Shown: piece after piece, positions 8,202 to 15,639 of the stretch | Layout: each line of letters starts with the position of its first letter | How positions within the stretch are numbered: position 1 is the stretch's first letter | IMG/VR virus record: IMGVR_UViG_3300021387_000076 | Reading direction: 5' to 3' (one strand) | From: a virus | Taxonomy: Duplodnaviria > Heunggongvirae > Uroviricota > Caudoviricetes | DNA length: 22,988 bases | The notes under the pieces: generated by a model | Told to the model about the DNA's origin: nothing | The model's database searches: none | Seen by the model: only the letters and a program-made list of their open reading frames with translations | Position numbers and translations under genes: made by a program

Positions 8202-11033
8202 TTAGGCTACCTTCTTCTTCGGAATGTAATGCTTTCTTCTGTTGATTCGCTTCTGCAGCATTCTGTTTTCTGCCTGACATTCTTTGCATCTGATTTCTCT
8301 GCTGTTGGTTCTCTGACACCATGTGCCGCAATCGCAGCATTCAAAGAAGCCAACTGTATCCTTGGGACACGCATGTGTATCAGCCCATGCGGGGATCTTC
8401 ATGCCGCATTTGTCACATACTGTGTATGTTTGCAGGTTTTCTTCGATGCATCTGCATGCAATGTCACCGAATACTTTCCAGAATGTCTGCTTGTGTGCTG
8501 CCTTATTCAGGTTTGCGCCGGCAAACAGATATCTGACGATGGATGAATAACATTTCTCAAGTGATCCACATTTCTCAGTCAGTTCATTGATGATATCCTG
8601 ACATACAAAGTCCATTATCGTTGCCACTTTTTGTTCGATACTGTCTGTTTCTGTGGAAGCTGTCACGTTGAGGTTGGTTTTTCCTTCGTTGTCAAGCCGT
8701 ACAAATATCTCAACTGCGGTAATGTTATAAGGCTCTTCATTGTTGACCAGCAGCATCTGCCAGTTGAATGGCGGAATGTTTGCATAGTTCATTTTGATGC
8801 GGCCTATGTCATCGAATGCTGCACATATCCTGTTCATTGTTGATTTGTTTGGCTTGGCGTATTCTTTAGGTTCCTTGCCGGTTGAGTTACCCGGCAGGAA
8901 CCGTCTGCCGTTCTTTGAAAACTGAAAGAAAAACGGCATACGTCCATGTTTGCCGCCTATTGCTTTGTTTATTCTCTTTTTGATATCTGGATAGTCTTCA
9001 TACGCATTGACAAAGCCCGTCTTAGCGGCGTCGATGCAAAGATTATTGTAGAAAGTCAATGCTTCTGCTGCATATCTGTCAGGATTGTCTTTGTTCCACA
9101 GCTTCGTTAGTGAATTGCTGACCTGCCCAATACCGCTGTATTCATGGGCTCTCTTTAGGCCGTGATAGAATTCCTGTCTTGACAGTTGATGTGCGCCGGC
9201 TTTACCAAGGTCAAAGAACAAAGGTACGATATCATATTTCTCTATGTTTCTTTGGGCTATGGTACATACCTCATCGTCGCCGACAACATTAATCTGGTCA
9301 CCATCGACATCGAATGCAAGAACCTTGGTGATAGGATCCTTTACACTGGTATAAATGCCATCTGTATAAAACCAGTTGTAAATGTCCTGATCTTTTACCA
9401 CTTTACGTATGCAGTGTTCGAAGTTCAGATGTGGAGACCTGAGGCAGTCAACTATATCTCTGCTGCGATAAATCCTGCACGCGACTTCTCCATTGGCGAG
9501 AAGACCATTGGGTTCTTCGACGCCAAGGAACCAGTGTTCGCATGCCGCATACCAGTCTGGTATAGCGAACAGTCGTTTGTTTGCGATCTTTATCTTGCCT
9601 GACTTTGCGTCAAGCATCCATTTCTTTTTGATGTTCTTCAGCGTTTCGCGTGTATACGCTTCACGCAGAAGCTCTGGATAGATAGCAAGGGCTTTCTTGT
9701 ACGGGCTTTCGGATTCAGGATCCGCTTTCAGGCATTCAAGCATTGCGGTTTGGCTGGATGCAATGCCTTCAATCCTGTCATGTGTTTTCTTTGTAAACTG
9801 TTCGATTTCTTCATCTGTGAAATCGGTCAGTGTTTGCAGGAACTGGTAACACATTGTCTTATCGGGGAAATAGTCTTCTTCAAAATTGGTATAACATGCC
9901 TGACATTTGTTTTCTTTATAAGCCTGCTTATAGGCATCCCATGACTCATAGTATTTGTACAGTTTAAACTGACTTTTCGTGAATATGATCTGTATATTCT
10001 CTGCTATCAGGTCATGTTCCTGACCATATATATCTGTCAGTTTTGCTTCGCAGTTATTGACTTTGCAAAACCGTATAAAGTCGAATGAACAAAGGAGACC
10101 TTTTACCCATGGTGCTCTGAACATAAAGTTCTTTCTGCTGACACATGGGAGCATCATGCCGGCACCGTCCACATGATTGATCATGGTGGTATGAATGCCT
10201 CTGTCGATCACATACTGGTCATTGATATAATCGCTTTCACATGTTACCGGGGCTTCGAAGTCCGGTACGACAATGCTTCGGTCAATATCAAAGTCGAGCC
10301 AGGGTAGGGTAGCCGAGGAAGTCAGCGCGATATATGCAAGAAGTTTGTTGACATTGATGCCGCCAAGCTCGTTGATCTTGTCGAATGTGAGTCCGCACAT
10401 CATCCTTGGCTGTATAGCTGTCCATGTTCCTATTTCCATGCATGCTATCTTGTCTGTTCTCAGCTGTCCTGCAGAACTTGTAATAAAAACAAAATGCTTG
10501 ACAATGAGTGAGTTTTTGTCAAGCACAGGCACGTCGAAGCCATTCTCGACTATTTGTTCAAGAATGTCTTCTGACTTCCATTTCATTATTATTTTGTTGA
10601 AAGTTACTTCTTTATCGGATAAACCCATGGCTCTGCTCATTTCGGAAGAGAATTCTGCTATCTTCTTTGATGGTTTCAATGTGTTCCATGTTATCCCTTC
10701 AGGCCATATTGTGTTTCCGTCTTCGTCTTTGGGTAATTTTCTTGTATCAAGTATGCCGTTAAGCCGTACCTGACGGGGAACGTTTTTGTGACTTGCAATC
10801 AGCTTCGCAAGTGTTTCCTGCTCTTCTTTCTTGGCTGCAATGTTGCTCTCACGAATACTCGGGTCGTGGAGAGAATTCTTTGCAAGTTCTTCATCTTCGT
10901 GGTCGATTGTGTTTTTCAGACTGCATATCCGTTGATAGCAGTCCCATTCCTCCTGCGTGAACAGGTCGCTTGTCGTCAGCCCCATGAGATAGATCTGTTC
11001 CGACAGGTATGTCTTTTTTGCCAACGCAATCAC
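8202..11033 (-). CDS. YonO-like single-subunit DNA-dependent RNA polymerase (two-barrel, cellular RdRP-related)
   Basis: Catalytic FDVDGD (DxDGD), RSPHL, DGAG and FRAPWVKG motifs of the QDE-1/YonO family, plus C-terminal Cys clusters. The start may be TTG at 11024, which has better GAGGTG spacing. Confidence 0.85.
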   Translation of the reverse strand: MIALAKKTYLSEQIYLMGLTTSDLFTQEEWDCYQRICSLKNTIDHEDEELAKNSLHDPSIRESNIAAKKEEQETLAKLIASHKNVPRQVRLNGILDTRKLPKDEDGNTIWPEGITWNTLKPSKKIAEFSSEMSRAMGLSDKEVTFNKIIMKWKSEDILEQIVENGFDVPVLDKNSLIVKHFVFITSSAGQLRTDKIACMEIGTWTAIQPRMMCGLTFDKINELGGINVNKLLAYIALTSSATLPWLDFDIDRSIVVPDFEAPVTCESDYINDQYVIDRGIHTTMINHVDGAGMMLPCVSRKNFMFRAPWVKGLLCSFDFIRFCKVNNCEAKLTDIYGQEHDLIAENIQIIFTKSQFKLYKYYESWDAYKQAYKENKCQACYTNFEEDYFPDKTMCYQFLQTLTDFTDEEIEQFTKKTHDRIEGIASSQTAMLECLKADPESESPYKKALAIYPELLREAYTRETLKNIKKKWMLDAKSGKIKIANKRLFAIPDWYAACEHWFLGVEEPNGLLANGEVACRIYRSRDIVDCLRSPHLNFEHCIRKVVKDQDIYNWFYTDGIYTSVKDPITKVLAFDVDGDQINVVGDDEVCTIAQRNIEKYDIVPLFFDLGKAGAHQLSRQEFYHGLKRAHEYSGIGQVSNSLTKLWNKDNPDRYAAEALTFYNNLCIDAAKTGFVNAYEDYPDIKKRINKAIGGKHGRMPFFFQFSKNGRRFLPGNSTGKEPKEYAKPNKSTMNRICAAFDDIGRIKMNYANIPPFNWQMLLVNNEEPYNITAVEIFVRLDNEGKTNLNVTASTETDSIEQKVATIMDFVCQDIINELTEKCGSLEKCYSSIVRYLFAGANLNKAAHKQTFWKVFGDIACRCIEENLQTYTVCDKCGMKIPAWADTHACPKDTVGFFECCDCGTWCQRTNSREIRCKECQAENRMLQKRINRRKHYIPKKKVA

Positions 11034-11134
11034 CTCATCTTTTTCTTTCTCCTCATTATTGTTTTTTTCGAATGTCTACATTTTTTCGTGGAGAAAGAAT
11101 TATTTGTTTGCGAATGGCAACTAAATGTTTTTAG

Positions 11135-11315
11135 ATATCATCAACATTTTTAATTCTTAAATGACTGCTGCAACGAATTGGCGGTGTCGGAGCTCGAGCT
11201 TCGCTCGAGCTTGACTCCGCCAAGTCGCTTGCAGCAGTCAAAATACCAGACTGCAATGAATCTTCCGGTTATACCTGAAAGAATAGTTTTTCAACTGATT
11301 TTAACTTGATGATAT
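11135..11315 (-). ncRNA. Retron-like msr-msd cassette 1
   Basis: 10-bp inverted repeat ATATCATCAA (11135-11144)/TTGATGATAT (11306-11315); G after the 5' arm at 11305; AGTT-GAAA-AACT and GGT-ATA-ACC stem-loops; 79-nt hairpin at 11162-11240. Confidence 0.8.
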
Positions 11316-11320
11316 TTTTT

Positions 11321-11476
11321 TTCGCCAACTATTTTAATTCTTAATAAAACACCGGTTGATCCACGGATCCGGCTCGCAGAGCCTGGATCCGGTGGATTAA
11401 CCGTGTGTGTTTCATATACTTCTTTTCTATATCCGGTAATACCTGAATACTTCATTTCTGAAAATATCTTGGCGAA
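11321..11476 (-). ncRNA. Retron-like msr-msd cassette 2
   Basis: 8-bp inverted repeat TTCGCCAA/TTGGCGAA; G at 11468; TTCA-GAAA-TGAA and GGT-ATT-ACC stem-loops; hairpin at 11349-11408. Confidence 0.8.
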
Positions 11477-11632
11477 CGCAATTAACATAATTGTAATTAC
11501 TTAGAAACCTGGAATGTGGAGAGGTTTCAAGACCTTTAGGTCTTGAAACTCGTAACATTCCAGGTGAACTTTACTACAGTGGACCAGTTGGTGAAACCAA
11601 ACTGTCTCTCTTCGAGTTTTGCTTAATTGCGT
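11476..11632 (-). ncRNA. Retron-like msr-msd cassette 3
   Basis: 10-bp inverted repeat ACGCAATTAA/TTAATTGCGT; G at 11622; CTC-GAA-GAG and TGGT-TTC-ACCA stem-loops; hairpin at 11507-11565. Confidence 0.78.
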
Positions 11633-11644
11633 ATTTGTGACCAT

Positions 11645-11825
11645 ATGTAATCAACAATTTATTACATTACCTAAAGCCCGCCTGAGAGGCGCCTGCTGGG
11701 GTCCTTTGCGTAGCAAAGGCTCCCAGCGAGGCGCCTTGTGGGCGGGCTTTGTATGTTATTTCTGTGTAACAGTCGATGACACCGGCTGTACTGGGTTTGG
11801 ACACCAGCGATTAACTTGATTACAT
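11645..11825 (-). ncRNA. Retron-like msr-msd cassette 4
   Basis: 10-bp inverted repeat ATGTAATCAA/TTGATTACAT; G at 11815; CTGG..CCAG and GGT-GTC-ATC stem-loops; hairpin at 11673-11750. Confidence 0.78.
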
Positions 11826-11826
11826 T

Positions 11827-11939
11827 GTTTCCATCTAAAATTTATTTCTTCAAGCGTTATTGTCTGAACGCGAAGGTCTAATACTGCTTTGACACTATAG
11901 GTGACACCATATAGCTCCTTACGGAATTTACATGGAAAC
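11827..11939 (-). ncRNA. Retron-like msr-msd cassette 5 (short msd)
   Basis: 8-bp inverted repeat GTTTCCAT/ATGGAAAC; G at 11931; TCC-GTAA-GGA and CTATAT-GGT-GTC-ACC-TATAG stem-loops; 28-nt hairpin at 11848-11875. Confidence 0.68.
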
Positions 11940-12075
11940 TTATCTTCTTGTCGTTTCACGACACGGAGTCATTTTTCTTCCGCCACGCTTAGTCAGCAGG
12001 CGGTATACGGATGGTTTGTACTTCTTGTAGATCACTCCGCCTTCAGGCGAAATGTACTCGTAGTAGATAGCCCTT

Positions 12076-12330
12076 TCATTTGCTTTCCAGGCTTTCTCCA
12101 GTTCTAAGTCTCTCAAGTAATTCACGTCCTTTATCGGTTAATTCGTATTGTGTGTCATCGTCGAGGTCCAGGTATTCATCTCTTGTTTCGAGAATATCTT
12201 CCTGCGTGAACTTCTTCTTTACTTTGTTTTCGGAGCCTTTAAGTTTACACTTCAGTGTAATAGTCTCCGCATCTTCAGGAATGTACATCACTACAGGAAT
12301 TTCTTTCAGTTTGATATATTTTTCTTTCAA
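12076..12330 (-). CDS. Small hypothetical protein
   Basis: 84 aa; the TTG start overlaps the previous stop (TTGA); the end motif YELTDKGRELL resembles a winged-helix terminus. Confidence 0.6.
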   Translation of the reverse strand: MKEKYIKLKEIPVVMYIPEDAETITLKCKLKGSENKVKKKFTQEDILETRDEYLDLDDDTQYELTDKGRELLERLRTGESLESK

Positions 12331-12674
12331 TAGTGAGCCTCTTCTCTTGCTATATCAATCAAGGCATGTCCGAGAACATACTGTCTTTCATATTTATTAT
12401 TATTTCGCACATCATAGAAGGTGTAGTCACCATGTTGAATGATCCAGTAATTCCTGCCTCTCATGTATAATACTTTTTCACCATGCTTTTTCAGCCTTTT
12501 AGCCAGCCATTCCGTTACTATATACGGACATTCTTCTCTATGAATAAGATACCGTGTTCTGAATAACTTACAGTCTTCTTCTGGCGCCGGGCCAACAATA
12601 TGCATTTTTACCAGGTTTATTTTCTCATGTACCGGTAGAGTAACCCTTGTTAATTCACACATAAGAAGTCTCAA
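12327..12674 (-). CDS. Phage hypothetical protein, paralog B (V-T-x-WLAKRL-x-x-HGE family)
   Basis: YIVTEWLAKRLKKHGEKV...YW motif shared with the upstream ORF. Confidence 0.7.
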   Translation of the reverse strand: MRLLMCELTRVTLPVHEKINLVKMHIVGPAPEEDCKLFRTRYLIHREECPYIVTEWLAKRLKKHGEKVLYMRGRNYWIIQHGDYTFYDVRNNNKYERQYVLGHALIDIAREEAHY

Positions 12675-12966
12675 AACCCCCTTCGTTTGACATTATGAGT
12701 TTTGAAGCTTCTTCTTGCACTATTTTCTCTATCGGCATTTGAACATAATTCACTATGCATGCCGCGCCTCTGCTTTGTGTTACCCACACGTATTCTTCGT
12801 CATCATCTTTATAGACTTCTTCACCGTGGCGTGCCAGTCTTTTGGCAAGCCACGGTGTGACCAGATAATAGACTTTGTATCCGTATCCAATTTCACTTAT
12901 TTCAATGTTTGGTCCTTTTATTATGCATTTTTTGCATAGGATGTTTAACTGATCTTCAGACGACAA
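12655..12966 (-). CDS. Phage hypothetical protein, paralog A (V-T-x-WLAKRL-x-x-HGE family)
   Basis: YLVTPWLAKRLARHGEEV...YVW motif; the TTG start overlaps the RT end, with GAGGTG upstream. Confidence 0.7.
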   Translation of the reverse strand: MSSEDQLNILCKKCIIKGPNIEISEIGYGYKVYYLVTPWLAKRLARHGEEVYKDDDEEYVWVTQSRGAACIVNYVQMPIEKIVQEEASKLIMSNEGGFETSYV

Positions 12967-14146
12967 CGCGTTTCACCTCTCCAGTCTTCAAGTACTGGAT
13001 AATGTCTACGTTGAATTTGTTCGAAAGATGATCAATGACATACTTGGTATAGTCTTTATCGATCATTTCATAATAAGCGATAAGACCAAGCACTTCAGCG
13101 TCTTCTTTCATGACTTCGTCGGCGAAACCGTTTGCCCTCGCGGCTACAGCAGTCAGCAGACCTTTCATCTGCTTCTTCTTGCGCCATCCGATGGTAATCT
13201 CATTGTCTTTGTTGAGCATCAAGCCAAGGTTCCAGTTTCTGCCGGCACGGGATCCATAGCGGGTCTTTTCCTTGTTCAGCTGATACGGATAGCCGAGTTC
13301 TCTGAATGTTTCTTCGACTGTTTTGATAACTTCGCTGAATTTGAAAGCTTTCTTGTGGCTGATGAGCATGTCGTCGGCATATCTGGTATACACAAAGCCT
13401 TTCTCACGGAGCTTCTTGCTGAGTTCATAATCAAATGGGATCATGATCAGGTTTGTCAGCATAGGGCTGACGACGGTCCCCTGAGGGAGACCTCCGTCAA
13501 GCATGCATACGGCAAGCATCTGTCTCAGCTTCATTTTGTCGTATTCACCGAACATATTGAAAGGATAGATCCTGTCCAGCATTTTCATGATGGTTTCAAA
13601 GTCTGTACTGTCGAAGAATTTATGCAGGTCAAGCTTGAGGAACCAATTGGATTCATTCTTCTTGTGCTTATTCAGGCAGTTCAAAATGCTCCTGTTTTCG
13701 ATGTATGCATATGCGGATGCGTGATAACCCTTGTTTTTCGTTAAAAGTTTCAGAATTTTCAGGATCTTCTGCTGCGTCCTAAGAAGGTCTCCAACCGGTT
13801 CATGAATGACTCGTACACCGCCTGTCTTCTTTGGGATCCTGTGTTCTTCATAATACTTTTCTTTCACCTGTTCATTTGTCATGCCCTTAAACTGATACTG
13901 GACGAACCAGTCTCTTGTCAGTTTGTACATCCGCATAACCCCAGTCATGATCTTTGCATCCTTTTGCATCATATCATGTGTGATAGGGCATTCGTTATAT
14001 TTTCTGGTGATAGTCGTGGGAACATAGCGCCTCTGCGCCTGTGGATAATCGGAAACATCCACTTCATGATCCAGCATCTGCATGAAGTCAATTTCTTTGC
14101 CTTTTCTGTAAATACTGGAAGGAATAGTAATATACACTTCAGCCAT
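12956..14146 (-). CDS. Retron-like reverse transcriptase
   Basis: RIPKKTGGVRVIHEP (domain 0/1), SAYAY, KLDLHKFFDS, LPQGTVVSPMLTN, YTRYADDMLIS, NKEKT, and NLGLMLN in place of VTGL; no group II intron X/En domains; RBS AAAGGAG. Confidence 0.9.
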   Translation of the reverse strand: MAEVYITIPSSIYRKGKEIDFMQMLDHEVDVSDYPQAQRRYVPTTITRKYNECPITHDMMQKDAKIMTGVMRMYKLTRDWFVQYQFKGMTNEQVKEKYYEEHRIPKKTGGVRVIHEPVGDLLRTQQKILKILKLLTKNKGYHASAYAYIENRSILNCLNKHKKNESNWFLKLDLHKFFDSTDFETIMKMLDRIYPFNMFGEYDKMKLRQMLAVCMLDGGLPQGTVVSPMLTNLIMIPFDYELSKKLREKGFVYTRYADDMLISHKKAFKFSEVIKTVEETFRELGYPYQLNKEKTRYGSRAGRNWNLGLMLNKDNEITIGWRKKKQMKGLLTAVAARANGFADEVMKEDAEVLGLIAYYEMIDKDYTKYVIDHLSNKFNVDIIQYLKTGEVKRVVV

Positions 14147-14164
14147 GCTGAATCTCCTTTTTCA

Positions 14165-14842
14165 TTAGATTGCATTCACCGTAAAGTTGAATGCGTCGGC
14201 GAGAATGATATGTTTCATTTCGTCGCCTTTCGCGAAATTGATCAGGTTGCTTACTCCGAGAGCACAGATCAGACGGACAGTCGTGCAAACAGACAGTGTC
14301 AGGTTGCATGCGCTTACCGGAGTGGATTCGCGAGCTTCTTCACTCGTGAAATTCATACTCTCAAAGAAATTGTCGATATCATCGACCTTGGACCAGTCTG
14401 CAGCATAATGCTGCGCATCAGTCAGTCTCATGCGGAAATCAAACATTGCTTTGATCATGCCATTACATCTATTGTCCTGCACGATCTTCTTGCGAAGTTC
14501 AATATTGTCTACTGCCAGAATGACATAACCATGCAGTTTCTGATCGGTGTAGCCCTCGGAGCGGAGTTTTAACAGAGACGAGTCTTCGAGTTCCGGGTTG
14601 ATGGCAATGAGATGTTCTGCAAGAGCATCGACCTTGCCTTTACCGATATCCTGTTCGGTATACAGCTGATTTGCGATATTGTGCGATTCAACCGTATCGA
14701 AGTCATACAGAGTGATCTTCGTAATACCGAAACGAACCAGGTTTTCAGCCACAGTCGAGCCAATGGCGCCGCATCCAATTATATGGATGCGGTCGCCGAA
14801 TGTTTCCGGCTGGAAGAAGTCGTAACTTTTTGCGATGTTCAT
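14165..14842 (-). CDS. ThiF/MoeB/E1-like ubiquitin-activating adenylyltransferase
   Basis: IIGCGAIGS, DFDTVESHNIANQ, GKGKVDA, AVDN, D-x-RM and a candidate catalytic Cys in PVSAC. Confidence 0.9.
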   Translation of the reverse strand: MNIAKSYDFFQPETFGDRIHIIGCGAIGSTVAENLVRFGITKITLYDFDTVESHNIANQLYTEQDIGKGKVDALAEHLIAINPELEDSSLLKLRSEGYTDQKLHGYVILAVDNIELRKKIVQDNRCNGMIKAMFDFRMRLTDAQHYAADWSKVDDIDNFFESMNFTSEEARESTPVSACNLTLSVCTTVRLICALGVSNLINFAKGDEMKHIILADAFNFTVNAI

Positions 14843-15639
14843 TCGTAATAGCCTCCATAATACGGTCTCCCGTAATGCTCATATCCGTATTGCCAGTAAT
14901 TGTTTGAATTATCATCCTCATCTAGATCGTCTGCGTTTATTACGCTTTTTTTGGATTCGCTGCCGGTGATGTGCTTGGGAGTTGATACAGCAGTCTTCGG
15001 CTTCGGTACCTGAACAGCTGCATTCGCGTCACTAAGAAATGTCCACAATGAGCCGCTGTCCATGAGAACGTCGATGATCAGATCATCTTCGTTGTAGACC
15101 ATTCCGGTCTTCATGTCATAGAGTTCCCATGACCAGTCACCCTTCTTGTTGAAGATGCCGAAGATCACATAGCCGTCGTCACCAAACTGTGAGATGATGC
15201 CGGAGCGTTCTGTCATGTCAACAGTGCTGGGAGTCACACCCATGTTTACATGAGAATGACCATAGAAACGCATATTGTTGAACTGATCATCAGAAAGCTT
15301 TGCTTTCCATTCGTTGTATTCATCATCATCAGTCGTTACCGTAGCTCCGGTCACTGTCTGAGGGAATACAATGATATCCTTGATGATATAGATATCCTTT
15401 TCAGAATTATCAACAATGCCTCTCCAGCCGATCTCTGTATTGAAACAATTGATCAGCGTATACATTTTGATATATGCTTCCTGGGTAAAGAGGATTTGGA
15501 TAGGAGTTTCATTCTTCTCGGATTTAAATTCAGCATTGTAGCTGATCTTGCCGCCGCTGAAACGTTCATTCAGGAGTTTTGTTGAAAAGTCAGAAATCAG
15601 TCTGTCATACAGATCCTGTGTCATCCGAAATGGTTTCAT
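14839..15639 (-). CDS. JAB/MPN+ (JAMM) metalloprotease, deubiquitinase-like
   Basis: EIGW upstream Glu and GHSHVNMGVTPSTVD, matching the H-x-H-x7-S-x2-D JAMM motif. Confidence 0.88.
   Translation of the reverse strand: MKPFRMTQDLYDRLISDFSTKLLNERFSGGKISYNAEFKSEKNETPIQILFTQEAYIKMYTLINCFNTEIGWRGIVDNSEKDIYIIKDIIVFPQTVTGATVTTDDDEYNEWKAKLSDDQFNNMRFYGHSHVNMGVTPSTVDMTERSGIISQFGDDGYVIFGIFNKKGDWSWELYDMKTGMVYNEDDLIIDVLMDSGSLWTFLSDANAAVQVPKPKTAVSTPKHITGSESKKSVINADDLDEDDNSNNYWQYGYEHYGRPYYGGYYE

Noticed and set aside
11135-11939. The array as a CRISPR locus or as a set of terminators
   Set aside because: There is no constant direct repeat or cas operon. The stems are long and imperfect, lack proper U-tracts, and are nested inside unit-specific inverted repeats.
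11291-11959. ORFs 11291-11488, 11619-11819 and 11756-11959 over the hairpin array
   Set aside because: They lack an RBS, cross cassette boundaries, and the region is better explained by the repeated RNA architecture.
11940-12125. 61-aa ORF
   Set aside because: The GTG start has AAGGA only 1 nt upstream, the ORF overlaps the preceding gene by 50 nt, and the region is structured. It is doubtful but not excluded.
12956-14146. RT as part of a DGR or a group II intron
   Set aside because: I saw no template/variable repeat pair with adenine-specific differences and no Avd-like gene. There are no maturase X or endonuclease domains and no domain V/VI; the motifs are retron-like.
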